Shown piece after piece: positions 55,455 to 64,000 of a stretch of 64,000 nt of DNA. Positions within the stretch are counted from its first letter, which is position 1, and every line of letters begins with the position of its first letter. The notes beneath the pieces were generated by a model that saw nothing but the letters and a program-made list of their open reading frames with translations, was not told where the DNA came from and did not search any database. Source of the stretch: Nitrospirota bacterium (GTDB lineage: Bacteria; Nitrospirota; Thermodesulfovibrionia; Thermodesulfovibrionales; BMS3Bbin05). The stretch covers positions 1,286,378-1,350,377 of the forward strand of contig CP070669.1 in NCBI GenBank assembly GCA_020351835.1, written 5' to 3'. A program made the translations under genes and the position numbers.

Positions 55455-55649
55455 CTAGAACTTGTGTGCGTATTCATTATAAAAATCACACGACCTGCAG
55501 AACTCCACCTTCTCTCCTATTGATGCTTTTTCAAGTCTTCCCTGGCCACACTTTGTTCCCGTAACCTTCCAGCAGTCAAGCCCCTTATCGGGATACGCGG
55601 GACACCCCTGATAAGTATCAGGCGGGCAGCTCTTGAATTCCCAACAGTT
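55455..55649 (-). CDS. Small Cys/Trp-rich protein (two CW motifs)
   Basis: MNCWEFKSCPPDTYQGCPAYPDKGLDCWKVTGTKCGQGRLEKASIGEKVEFCRSCDFYNEYAHKF. The internal ATG at 55649 was chosen. The ORF-track N-terminal extension looks non-coding. Confidence 0.55.
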   Translation of the reverse strand, partial: NCWEFKSCPPDTYQGCPAYPDKGLDCWKVTGTKCGQGRLEKASIGEKVEFCRSCDFYNEYAHKF

Positions 55650-55871
55650 CATTTCAACCCCCGTACAAAAAAATAGGAGGGCAAGGCCCCCCTCCTCGTT
55701 ACGGTCACTCACATATGGCTTCTTTCTTTGCGGATATATAATCACACAACATGACCTATTTCAACTTATATTTTAAATTTATAAAATATTATGTAATTGT
55801 AATTTTAGAGTGGCACTTTAGATCGTTTGACAACGATTTGATTATCTGATAGTTTAAAGGTGAGGTAAGCA

Positions 55872-56504
55872 ATGAAAATATCGGTTATCGGCTCAGGAAA
55901 TGTAGGGAGCGGTCTTGGTCGTATTTTCGCAGAGAAGGGCCATGAGGTCTTTATGAGCGCAAGCACCGCCGAAAAGGCTTCCGAGATATCCAAAACGATA
56001 GGGCTTGATTCTCAGGGAGGGACCGTTGAGGATGCCGTAAAGTTCGGCGATGTCATAATAGTCGCAACTCCATGGGAGAAAACCGCTGACGTAATACGGT
56101 CCGCAGGATCGTTCGAGGGCAAGATCATCATAGACTGCACCAATCCCATAAATCCGGATATGAGCGGTCTTGCGATCGGACATTCGACCTCGGCAGCCGA
56201 AGAGATAGCTAAGATAGCAACCGGGGCTTCGGTCATTAAAGCATTCAATACCGCGTTTGCTTCGCTCTATCAGTCACCATCCCGCCTTTTCGGGTCCCGC
56301 TCGTCGACCATGTTCTATTGCGGTGACGATAAAGAGGCAAAAGCAACAGCGAAGAAGCTTATCTTCGAGGCAGGCTTCGAAGCCATAGACGCAGGCCCAT
56401 TATCTTCAGCCCGTTACCTTGAACCAATGGCGATGCTGCTTATAACTCTTGGATACGGTCAGAAGATGGGAACGAATATCGCATTCAGTCTTATAAGGCG
56501 TTAG
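55872..56504 (+). CDS. NADPH-dependent F420 reductase-like (NpdG / F420_oxidored family) NAD(P)-binding protein
   Basis: 210 aa (MKISVIGSGNVGSGLG). GGTGAGG lies before the ATG. Confidence 0.6.
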   Translation: MKISVIGSGNVGSGLGRIFAEKGHEVFMSASTAEKASEISKTIGLDSQGGTVEDAVKFGDVIIVATPWEKTADVIRSAGSFEGKIIIDCTNPINPDMSGLAIGHSTSAAEEIAKIATGASVIKAFNTAFASLYQSPSRLFGSRSSTMFYCGDDKEAKATAKKLIFEAGFEAIDAGPLSSARYLEPMAMLLITLGYGQKMGTNIAFSLIRR

Positions 56505-56532
56505 GAATTCACGCTTATGATCAGGTCTCTAT

Positions 56533-57342
56533 CTACTTACCTAGTAACTTCTTGATAGAGCCCTTAACATCATCAGGCTGGTCCTTTAAACCCTTCTCCA
56601 GTTCCTCCTGAACTTTTTCTTTTGCCTGTTTTTCGATCTTCTTCTTCATCTCCTCAAGGTCCTTTCCAAGATACTGTTCCACCCCCTTACCTGCAACGGC
56701 GGGCCCCACTTTGTTTATAAGGGCCATGATTATCTTCTCTGCAACCTCTCTCGGGGGTGCGCCTCCCTTGCCGATATCCTTAAGCTCTATCCTTGGGAGC
56801 TCCGCTGACCTCTCTATTCCCAGTGCCGGTATCTTTATCCCTATATTCCCCTTCTCTACTATAAGTGACCTTATGTGAATGCCGATGTCCCTGCCCTTCT
56901 TTTTTTCCGGAACAGCATCCTTCTCCTTCTTTTCCCCGCTGCCAAGAACGTTCTTCTTGAGGGCATCGATGTTAGATCTGCCATCCTTATTTATCTCGAA
57001 CATGACCTCCGGTGCCGATACCATTATCTCATCTATCACGACCGTGTCCTTTGTTATAGAACCTGTATCAATTTTTGTGCTTATACTCCCCAGCTTGAAT
57101 GCATGTTTAGATTCGAACCCCTGTGGGTTACTTATGCTGAGGCCGTTTATGGCCCCTTCTCCGGAAAAGACCTTGATATCTACCGATGATACGCCTACGT
57201 TGGTCTTGGATACCTCACCACCATACTTTTCTATCGCGGCCTTAACGATCGGATTTATGTTCTCCCAGGCAAAGTAGAGCACACCTGCAATGATCACTAT
57301 TACTGCTATGAAGACATATAATATTATCCGTGTTTTTTTCAT
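56533..57342 (-). CDS. Membrane-anchored hypothetical protein with a K/E-rich tail
   Basis: The ATG at 57342 is preceded by GGAGGGAG. The N-terminus MKKTRIILYVFIAVIVIIAGVL contains one TM segment. The ORF track starts at 57411. Confidence 0.55.
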   Translation of the reverse strand: MKKTRIILYVFIAVIVIIAGVLYFAWENINPIVKAAIEKYGGEVSKTNVGVSSVDIKVFSGEGAINGLSISNPQGFESKHAFKLGSISTKIDTGSITKDTVVIDEIMVSAPEVMFEINKDGRSNIDALKKNVLGSGEKKEKDAVPEKKKGRDIGIHIRSLIVEKGNIGIKIPALGIERSAELPRIELKDIGKGGAPPREVAEKIIMALINKVGPAVAGKGVEQYLGKDLEEMKKKIEKQAKEKVQEELEKGLKDQPDDVKGSIKKLLGK

Positions 57343-57473
57343 ACTCCCTCCGTAATATTCAGTAAGCTCTGTTAATAGATATATCTTATTCCATTGAGCG
57401 ACGGTTTTCAATATCTCCCCTTCTGGATGTCTAACTATGGATATGATACTATGGTTACGAAGGGATACATAGA

Positions 57474-58271
57474 ATGAAAGAGCTCAGGCAAAAACTATAC
57501 GAGATAATATTCGAGGCCGATACCCCGGCAGGCAAGTTGTTCGATGTTGTTCTCATCATCAGTATCCTATTGAGTGTTCTGGCGGTAATGCTAGACAGTG
57601 TCTCCTCTATACGTGTCCGGCATGGAGATCTTCTTTATGCTGTGGAATGGTTCTTCACCATCCTCTTTACTATTGAATACCTGCTGCGGATATTTTGCTT
57701 CAGAAGGCCCGCCGTATACATGAAGAGCTTTTTCGGCGTGATCGATCTGCTTTCAATTTTACCAACTTACCTGAACGTTCTTATGCCGGGCAGCAGGTAT
57801 CTCCTCGTCATCAGGGTGCTGAGGATATTAAGGGTATTCCGTGTCCTGAAATTGGCCAGATATGTGAAAGAGGCTAACCATCTTATGCAAGCACTGAGGG
57901 CCAGCAGGAGAAAGATTACAGTATTCCTCTTTGTTGTTTTGACTCTAGTGATAGTGTTCGGGTCGCTTATGTACCTCATCGAGGGAGAGAAGAACGGATT
58001 TACAAGTATTCCTCGCAGTGTCTACTGGGCGGTAGTTACCCTTACCACTGTCGGATATGGTGACATATCGCCTCAGACAGGCATCGGCCAGTTCCTGGCC
58101 GCTATCATCATGGTGCTCGGCTATGGCATAATCGCCGTGCCTACCGGTATAGTGACCGTAGAGATGTCACGGGTAAACCAGAAGATCACCACAAAGGTAT
58201 GCCAGGAATGCAGTGCCGAAGGCCATGACTTTGACGCTGACTACTGCAAAGCCTGTGGCGAAAAGCTCTGA
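57474..58271 (+). CDS. Voltage-gated-type K+ channel (6TM, TVGYGD filter) with a C-terminal zinc-ribbon
   Basis: S4-like segment RVLRILRVFRVLKLARY, selectivity filter TTVGYGD, C-terminus CQECSAEGHDFDADYCKACGEKL. Confidence 0.85.
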   Translation: MKELRQKLYEIIFEADTPAGKLFDVVLIISILLSVLAVMLDSVSSIRVRHGDLLYAVEWFFTILFTIEYLLRIFCFRRPAVYMKSFFGVIDLLSILPTYLNVLMPGSRYLLVIRVLRILRVFRVLKLARYVKEANHLMQALRASRRKITVFLFVVLTLVIVFGSLMYLIEGEKNGFTSIPRSVYWAVVTLTTVGYGDISPQTGIGQFLAAIIMVLGYGIIAVPTGIVTVEMSRVNQKITTKVCQECSAEGHDFDADYCKACGEKL

Positions 58272-58523
58272 CCAGCGCGTTCAAAATCGTATCTTGCATA
58301 TATCAATAATTCTACTTGAATAACTCACTTTTCTGAACTAGTCAACACTCTCTATTTGTAGATAAATCATGCAAGATCCAAGCACTGAACACCGGTATTA
58401 ATATGACAAACATATATATACTTTATTGAAATTTTTGATTCCTGACATGGTATTATGAGCAGAGAGTGCTGGTGATATTTATTGATAATTTTCTTCACAC
58501 TTAATAACTAGGAGGAGAACACG

Positions 58524-58964
58524 ATGAGAAGGTCATTACTGATAGTCTTTATAGCCGTATTGGCACTTGGCGGATGCAAGACGGCAGCAGAACACCATGA
58601 CTCACTTCCATCAACAAAAGAAAAGGAGATGACCGTTGGTACTGTTCAGCGTGAGATCAGGCAGGGGATGACGCAGACGCAGGTTGCCGAGGTAATGGGC
58701 TCGCCTAACATAGTTACAAGCGACGGCCCTGGACAAGAGACCTGGATATACGACAAAGTCAGCACAGATACGGCTTACTCAAAAAGTTCCGGCGGCGTAC
58801 AGAGCCTTTTTCTTGCCCAGGGCGGTGATGTCGGCGGCGGACTGGCACCAAGCTATAAGGAGAGCAGTGGTGCAGCAACAAGGACACAAAGAACACTAAC
58901 AGTAATAATAAAATTCGAGGGAGGCAAGGTTTATGATTTCTCGTATCATTCAAGCAAGTTCTAG
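58524..58964 (+). CDS. Lipoprotein, SmpA/OmlA (BamE)-like
   Basis: Lipobox LALGGC and GMTQTQVAEVMGSPN...ETWIYD. AGGAGG lies before the ATG. Confidence 0.5.
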   Translation: MRRSLLIVFIAVLALGGCKTAAEHHDSLPSTKEKEMTVGTVQREIRQGMTQTQVAEVMGSPNIVTSDGPGQETWIYDKVSTDTAYSKSSGGVQSLFLAQGGDVGGGLAPSYKESSGAATRTQRTLTVIIKFEGGKVYDFSYHSSKF

Positions 58965-59463
58965 TCTCCTTGCAGCTATACTGTTATCTATTATTCCTAT
59001 GAGCCTTATCTCGTGCGGCTCAAGCCCTCCCCGTGCTCCGGAAATGACACAGCTTGAGGTCAGGCAGTTGCAGTCCAGGGAATATAGCGGCGCTGACGAA
59101 AAGACCGTATTAAAAGCGGTGATTGCGGCCCTGCAGGACGAGGGCTTCATCATATCTGCTGCCGATCCTGGACTGGGGCTTGTCACCGCAGCCATGGAGG
59201 TTCGTGATGAGGACAAGCTCTCAAAAGCATGGTCCAAGATGGCATACGGTATGGGATCATACCAGACTACAAGAAGATTCGAGGCCTCGGCAACAGTACA
59301 GACACTTGAAAGATCGGTGAGGGTGAGGATCAATATCATCGTTAAGGCACTTGCGAACACCGGCGGTATATTATGGTCGCAGCCCGTATATGAGGCGGAC
59401 GTTTACCAGAATATATTCGCTAAAGTTAATAAGTCCGTTTTCCTGGCAAAAGAAAAGTTATAG
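58933..59463 (+). CDS. Lipoprotein, unknown function
   Basis: Lipobox SLISCGS. 176 aa. Overlaps the upstream gene by 32 nt. Confidence 0.5.
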   Translation: MISRIIQASSSLLAAILLSIIPMSLISCGSSPPRAPEMTQLEVRQLQSREYSGADEKTVLKAVIAALQDEGFIISAADPGLGLVTAAMEVRDEDKLSKAWSKMAYGMGSYQTTRRFEASATVQTLERSVRVRINIIVKALANTGGILWSQPVYEADVYQNIFAKVNKSVFLAKEKL

Positions 59464-59502
59464 AACTGTACAGTCTGCAGGCCTTATGAAGGTAACATAT
59501 AG

Positions 59503-59682
59503 ATGACACGCATATCAGAAGAGATACGCATAAGGTATAAGTACCGAGACCTCATATTAAGGGGCAGGGTTCGACTACCCCTTGATGCGGCTAAGAAGAT
59601 CGTAGGTCCCGACTGTGCATATCATCTTTATTCCGTTTTGGAGCTTACAAAGACACAAAGCACTTCAAAGAAAAAGAAGTAA
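59503..59682 (+). CDS. Possible small basic protein (59 aa), below the ORF-track cutoff
   Basis: MTRISEEIRIRYKYRDLILRGRVRLPLDAAKKIVGPDCAYHLYSVLELTKTQSTSKKKK, from ATG at 59503 to TAA at 59680-59682. No clear SD was found. Confidence 0.25.
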   Translation: MTRISEEIRIRYKYRDLILRGRVRLPLDAAKKIVGPDCAYHLYSVLELTKTQSTSKKKK

Positions 59683-59745
59683 ACACTGCCGGGCCTCCAA
59701 TCTGTTCATTATGTTTCATCAATTTCGATGTGATATACTCTTTTT

Positions 59746-60507
59746 ATGAGATACATCAGACCTGCTCTGCTAATGATCTTGCTTATGCTGTTCGTCATGT
59801 CTTTTGCATATTCCGAAGAGCTCCCTGATATAGAGGAGATAATTGAAAGGGTCGACCGCCTGTACCGGAGCTCTACAAGCCAGGGTGTTATCGAGATGAC
59901 GATCGTTACTGAGAACTGGAGCAGAAATCTTTCTATGGATATCTGGTCTGAGGGCATGGACAAGACCTTTATTCATATAACATTCCCCAAGAAGGACGCG
60001 GGGATAAGCACCCTCAGGCTCGATGATGAGATGTGGAACTTCTTCCCGAAGATAAACAAAGTAATGAAAGTACCGCCATCGATGATGATGAGCTCCTGGA
60101 TGGGGTCCGATTTCACCAACGATGACCTCGTTAAGGAAAGTTCGATGCTGGATGATTATTCTCACAAGCTGCTCGAGCCGGAAGATAACGACCCGGACCA
60201 TTACTATGTAGAGCTATTACCAAAAAAGGATATACCGACCGTATGGGGAAGGATAGTTATAAAGGTTAGAAAAGAGGATTTCATTCCTGTAAGGGAAGAT
60301 TACTATGATGAGAAGGGAAAGAAGATGCGGGTAATGACCCTTAAGGAGATAACTATGTTCGGTGATAAGAAGATACCGGCCGTTATCGAGCTGATCCCTC
60401 TCAACAAAGAGAACCAGAAGACGGTCGTACGATACAAAGACCTGAAGTTCGACGAAAAGCTTGACGAAGGCATATTTACCCTCAGAAACCTCCAGAAGAG
60501 AAGATAG
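59746..60507 (+). CDS. LolA-like outer-membrane lipoprotein-sorting family protein
   Basis: 253 aa with a signal peptide. The pattern (RNLSMDIWSEGMDKTFIHITFPKKDAGISTLRLDDEMWNFFPKINKVMKVP...SWMGSDFTNDDL) is typical of this family and sits next to FtsX-type permeases. Confidence 0.65.
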   Translation: MRYIRPALLMILLMLFVMSFAYSEELPDIEEIIERVDRLYRSSTSQGVIEMTIVTENWSRNLSMDIWSEGMDKTFIHITFPKKDAGISTLRLDDEMWNFFPKINKVMKVPPSMMMSSWMGSDFTNDDLVKESSMLDDYSHKLLEPEDNDPDHYYVELLPKKDIPTVWGRIVIKVRKEDFIPVREDYYDEKGKKMRVMTLKEITMFGDKKIPAVIELIPLNKENQKTVVRYKDLKFDEKLDEGIFTLRNLQKRR

Positions 60508-60519
60508 CTCATTAACCGC

Positions 60520-61737
60520 ATGATCATATCCAAAATAGCCTTTCGTAATATATTCCGGCACAAAAGGCGCTCTCTACTTACCGGGCTTATGATGGCAGGG
60601 GGATGCTTTCTTTTTGCGATCTTCATAGGGATGATGGATGGTAGTTACGGATTGCTCATAGATATGTTCACGCGGGACCATACCGGTCACATTCAGGTCC
60701 ATAGGAATGGCTATCTTGATAAGCCTACCATTTATAAGATAATAGATGATCCCGTTGCTCTCGGAAATGAGATACAGGCCGTAGAGAACGTCAGATCATG
60801 GGCACCACGTATAAAAACACCGGCGCTCTCCTTTGCCGGGATAAAGACAAGCGGGGTACAGGTTATTGGAATAGACCCGGTCCTTGAAGCGAGAACGACA
60901 AGGATAAAGAACAAGATAGATAAGGGCAGGTTCCTCTCCGATGAGCCCCTTAACGAGATCATTATAGGTGAGCGTCTTGCCCGTGTTCTAAGGGTAGATA
61001 TCGGTGATAAGATAGCCTTGATCGCTCAGGGAGTAGATGGATCGATAGCCAACGACCTTTTCAGCGTGGCAGGTATCACAGGCAGCAAGGAGGCATCATA
61101 CGGGGCCACCAGCAGCTATGTCCATATCCAGAAAGCGAGAGAATTCCTTTCCATTCGAAACGGGGTGCATGAGATTGTTATCATCCTTAAGGACCACGAA
61201 AGGAACATACACACAGCCAGCCTTATAGATAAACGTTTGAACAACGAGTCTATTTCTGTAGATCCCTGGCAGACGGTAGAGGCGCAGTTCTACCGCGCAA
61301 TGCAGGCCGATATAAAAGGGAACTGGATATCAATATTCATATTCACCGTGATAATCGCAATAGGGGTACTTAATGCTGTCCTTATGGTCATACTGGAAAG
61401 GACAAATGAGTTCGGCGTGTTGCGGGCTATAGGGACCCGGCCTCTGCAGATCTTCACAATGATCGTTCTTGAAACGGTATATCTGTCACTTATAAGTATA
61501 GTTGTCGGCCTTATCGGCGGCGTTATCGCCAACTGGCTTTTATCGGTATACGGTATAACTCTGAACGAGCCGATCGAATGGGGAGGGTTCCTGTACGATA
61601 CGATAACAGCAAAGATAACATTGCGATCGCTGTATATTCCAGCGGCCGTTATAATAAGTACTGCCATACTGGTAAGCATACCGCCCGGCATAAGGGCCGC
61701 AAAGATAACGCCCGTCAAGGCATTGAGGTCAGCGTAG
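60520..61737 (+). CDS. ABC transporter permease, FtsX/MacB-LolCE type
   Basis: 405 aa: TM1, a large periplasmic domain, then three TM segments (ERTNEFGVLRAIGTRP). Confidence 0.85.
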   Translation: MIISKIAFRNIFRHKRRSLLTGLMMAGGCFLFAIFIGMMDGSYGLLIDMFTRDHTGHIQVHRNGYLDKPTIYKIIDDPVALGNEIQAVENVRSWAPRIKTPALSFAGIKTSGVQVIGIDPVLEARTTRIKNKIDKGRFLSDEPLNEIIIGERLARVLRVDIGDKIALIAQGVDGSIANDLFSVAGITGSKEASYGATSSYVHIQKAREFLSIRNGVHEIVIILKDHERNIHTASLIDKRLNNESISVDPWQTVEAQFYRAMQADIKGNWISIFIFTVIIAIGVLNAVLMVILERTNEFGVLRAIGTRPLQIFTMIVLETVYLSLISIVVGLIGGVIANWLLSVYGITLNEPIEWGGFLYDTITAKITLRSLYIPAAVIISTAILVSIPPGIRAAKITPVKALRSA

Positions 61738-61740
61738 ACC

Positions 61741-62967
61741 ATGAAGATGCTTATTAAACTGGCCTGGAGGAACATACTCAGGAACAAAAGGAGAACATTC
61801 CTCTCTGGTCTTGCCGTCGGCATAAGTATGGCCTCGATGATGTTCGTGGACGGACTGTTCACCGGGATGCTGGACAGCATGATAAGGACGGCGACCGACA
61901 CTTTTCTTGGGCAGGGACAGATACACGCCGAAGGATTTACGGACACCCTTGAGGTCGAAAAGACTATTAACGGTTCGGACAAGGTCATCAAGGACCTTGC
62001 CGGGGAGAATATCGTCACCTTATACTCACCGCGGACGGCATCATTTAGTATGCTGAGCTCAGCCGGCGGGGTACAGTCCGTTATGCTGTACGGAATAGAT
62101 CCCGCTACCGAAAAGGACCTCTCTATGGTAGATGAGTCGGTAAGGATCGGAGAATACCTTGGCCAGGATAATAAGGGCATGATACTTATCGGATCAAAAA
62201 CAGCAGAGACCCTTGAAGTGGAGGTGGGAGACAGAATAGTGGTCACTGTAGCCCAGGCGCATACCGGTGAGCTGTCACAGGAGATGTTCAGGGTGGGAGG
62301 TATATTCCATATGGGTATAAGAGAGGCCGACTCGGGGCTTGCCTTCATACACCTTGACCGTGCCCAGACATTGCTCGGGCTTAAGGGTGAGTTCCATGAA
62401 ATAGCGCTTTCTTTTGTAACACTTGAGATGGCCGGTGACAGGTCATTGCCTTTCTGGGGCAAGTATTCCGTTAACGGCAACGATGCCATCGGATGGAAGG
62501 AGATGGTCCCGCAGCTTGAAAGCGTTATTGAGATGTCATATATCTCGACTGCGATAACGCTTTTCCTTGTGTTCGGCATAGTTGGCCTGACCATAATGAA
62601 CTCCCTTTTTATGTCACTTTATGAAAGGATGTTCGAGTTCGGTGTTCTGAGGGCTATAGGTACCAGGCCGTTGAGAATGGCAGGCATAATCCTTCTTGAG
62701 GCACTATCTCTCTCGATCATAAGTATGGTGATAGGCCTTGTTATAGGGCTCGGTTTCCTTAAATATTTCTCTGTTCATGGTATAGATTACACCGGGATAG
62801 AGTTTGCCGGGGTAACGATAACAGAACTGATCTTCCCGGTATTCACAATGGAGCAGTATACTCTATATCCGTTATTAACTATAATATTCTCATTGGTAGC
62901 CGCTCTTTATCCGGCACTGTACGCTGCAAGGCTTACGCCTGCAAAGGCAATGAGGCGAAGCTTGTAA
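61741..62967 (+). CDS. ABC transporter permease, FtsX/MacB-LolCE type (second)
   Basis: 408 aa with the same architecture (ERMFEFGVLRAIGTRP). Confidence 0.85.
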   Translation: MKMLIKLAWRNILRNKRRTFLSGLAVGISMASMMFVDGLFTGMLDSMIRTATDTFLGQGQIHAEGFTDTLEVEKTINGSDKVIKDLAGENIVTLYSPRTASFSMLSSAGGVQSVMLYGIDPATEKDLSMVDESVRIGEYLGQDNKGMILIGSKTAETLEVEVGDRIVVTVAQAHTGELSQEMFRVGGIFHMGIREADSGLAFIHLDRAQTLLGLKGEFHEIALSFVTLEMAGDRSLPFWGKYSVNGNDAIGWKEMVPQLESVIEMSYISTAITLFLVFGIVGLTIMNSLFMSLYERMFEFGVLRAIGTRPLRMAGIILLEALSLSIISMVIGLVIGLGFLKYFSVHGIDYTGIEFAGVTITELIFPVFTMEQYTLYPLLTIIFSLVAALYPALYAARLTPAKAMRRSL

Positions 62968-62978
62968 AGGAGAGCTGT

Positions 62979-63671
62979 ATGTCTAACACACTTATTAAGG
63001 TCGAGAAAGTATCGAAGGTCTACGGAATGGACGGTGTAGAGGTACATGCTCTCAGGTCTCTTGATCTTGATATTAAAAAGGGTGAGTTCACGGCTATCGC
63101 CGGCCCGTCAGGGTCTGGTAAAACAACATTGCTTAATATCATGAGCGGTCTCGATGCGCCGAGCGAGGGACGAGTGATGCTTTCGGGAAAACTGATCAGC
63201 GAGATGAAAGGCGGTGAGCTCTCTGACTTCAGAAGGGACCATATTGGTTTCATTTTTCAATCATATAACCTTATACCGGTGCTCTCTGCCCGTGAGAACA
63301 TAGAGTACATTATGCTGTTACAGGGAGTTGGGGAGAATGAAAGACGCACGAGGGTATCGGAGATACTTAATGATGTCGGGCTTGAGGGAATGGAGGACAG
63401 GAGGCCCGCACAACTTTCGGGGGGACAGCAGCAGAGGGTAGCTATAGCACGCGCTATGGTCTCCAAACCTGATATCATACTTGCCGACGAACCCACCGCA
63501 AATCTTGACTCGTCCACCGGGGCTTCTCTGCTAGATATTATGAGAGAACTGAACGAAAAGCGAGGCATGACGTTCCTGTTCTCTACACATGATTCCATGA
63601 TAATGGAAAGGGCAAAGAGGCTTGTGCTCCTTAAGGACGGTTCAGTGGACAGTGACGAGGAAAGGGCCTGA
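62979..63671 (+). CDS. ABC transporter ATP-binding protein (LolD/MacB-type)
   Basis: Walker A GPSGSGKTT, signature LSGGQQQRVAIARA, Walker B IILADEPTANLD. Confidence 0.9.
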   Translation: MSNTLIKVEKVSKVYGMDGVEVHALRSLDLDIKKGEFTAIAGPSGSGKTTLLNIMSGLDAPSEGRVMLSGKLISEMKGGELSDFRRDHIGFIFQSYNLIPVLSARENIEYIMLLQGVGENERRTRVSEILNDVGLEGMEDRRPAQLSGGQQQRVAIARAMVSKPDIILADEPTANLDSSTGASLLDIMRELNEKRGMTFLFSTHDSMIMERAKRLVLLKDGSVDSDEERA

Positions 63672-63677
63672 TAACCA

Positions 63678-64000
63678 TTGAAGCGTTATGTTCTGACACC
63701 GGCCTGGATCATGCTGCTAACGTTAATTCTATGTGTTAGCACATACGCCGCATCACCCGAATACAGGTTCACAGGCAGCTCCAGGAATTTCTTTATTGCT
63801 ACCGATACAATGTCCGGGACCGACTACGAACTGCTGTCAAGATTGCGCCTTAAGCTTGATATCATAGGTTCAGAGAAATTATCGGCCGAGATCGCCTATG
63901 AGATAATGCCCCGCTATATAGATCATTCGGGTTCTGCTGTCTCCGCGTTAAGTTCAGGCCCTATACAATACAGGATCACAGACCTTAATGAGACAATATA
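63678..64000 (+). CDS. Secreted protein, N-terminal part (runs off the right edge); possibly an outer-membrane component of the exporter cluster
   Basis: The frame is open from TTG at 63678 (or ATG at 63711) to the window end. The N-terminus (M)KRYVLTPAWIMLLTLILCVSTYAAS is signal-peptide-like. Not in the ORF track because there is no stop. Confidence 0.45.
   Translation, partial: MKRYVLTPAWIMLLTLILCVSTYAASPEYRFTGSSRNFFIATDTMSGTDYELLSRLRLKLDIIGSEKLSAEIAYEIMPRYIDHSGSAVSALSSGPIQYRITDLNETI

Noticed and set aside
55810-55825. Sigma-54 promoter upstream of the F420-reductase-like gene (TGGCAC)
   Set aside because: The -12 position reads ATCG instead of TTGC, and the GG-N10-GC rule is not met.
61290-62594. 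434-aa ORF on the minus strand, antisense to the two FtsX-type permease genes
   Set aside because: The product is low-complexity and Ser/Pro/Ile-rich with no motifs. It lies exactly antisense to two well-supported permease genes and even bridges their junction. Long antisense frames of this kind are a usual by-product of codon bias.
1-64000. CRISPR arrays, IS elements, integrases, prophage or classical defence-system genes (including near the tRNA-Gly/tRNA-Cys pair)
   Set aside because: No regularly spaced direct repeats, no transposase, integrase or recombinase-like ORFs, and no terminal inverted repeats were seen anywhere in the window.

Overview
The window is a dense, almost fully coding chromosomal segment from an LPS-making (diderm) bacterium that decodes selenocysteine. 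GC content was not computed and the phylum cannot be fixed from sequence alone. I saw no transposase, integrase, phage gene, CRISPR array or rRNA. Left part (1-8.7 kb, minus strand): a tight co-directional run of trpE-trpG-trpD, a GnnA-like and a GnnB-like gene, lpxB, a chalcone-isomerase-like gene, waaA and the start of lpxK. Next come tRNA-Gly(GCC) and tRNA-Cys(GCA), a CDGSH iron-sulfur protein, a cytochrome c, a 609-aa orphan, an Slt-type lytic transglycosylase, zapB-like/zapA, and a double-GAF protein interrupted by an in-frame TGA. Positions 17.0-31.4 kb hold a complete 14-gene nuoA-N operon (minus strand). The right half (31.5-54.7 kb) is the unusual part. It starts with a membrane histidine kinase that carries c-type heme motifs, a sigma-54 activator, and a DRTGG/RsbW-like/DRTGG/PHP gene set. 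These are followed by a FadL-type porin, tusA-dsrE2-dsrE-like sulfur-relay genes and an HATPase-REC-BNR-membrane-GT39 operon. A near-consensus sigma-54 promoter then drives a second, soluble NuoE/HndB/NuoF/NuoG-type module. In that module the NuoE subunit is fused to a receiver domain, and the gene before it encodes a receiver fused to a GcvH-like domain. A second DsrE-like paralogue, a HesB/IscA-type selenoprotein (in-frame TGA plus downstream hairpin) and a minimal sufC-sufB/D pair follow. The right end carries small redox, membrane and lipoprotein genes and a LolA-like/FtsX-FtsX-ATPase exporter cluster. My main candidate for an undescribed system is the heme-sensor kinase with four paralogous receivers, two of them fused to redox or carrier domains, controlling a Bfu/Hnd-like flavin module embedded in sulfur-trafficking and Fe-S genes. 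All functional calls rest on motif recognition by eye. No searches were run.
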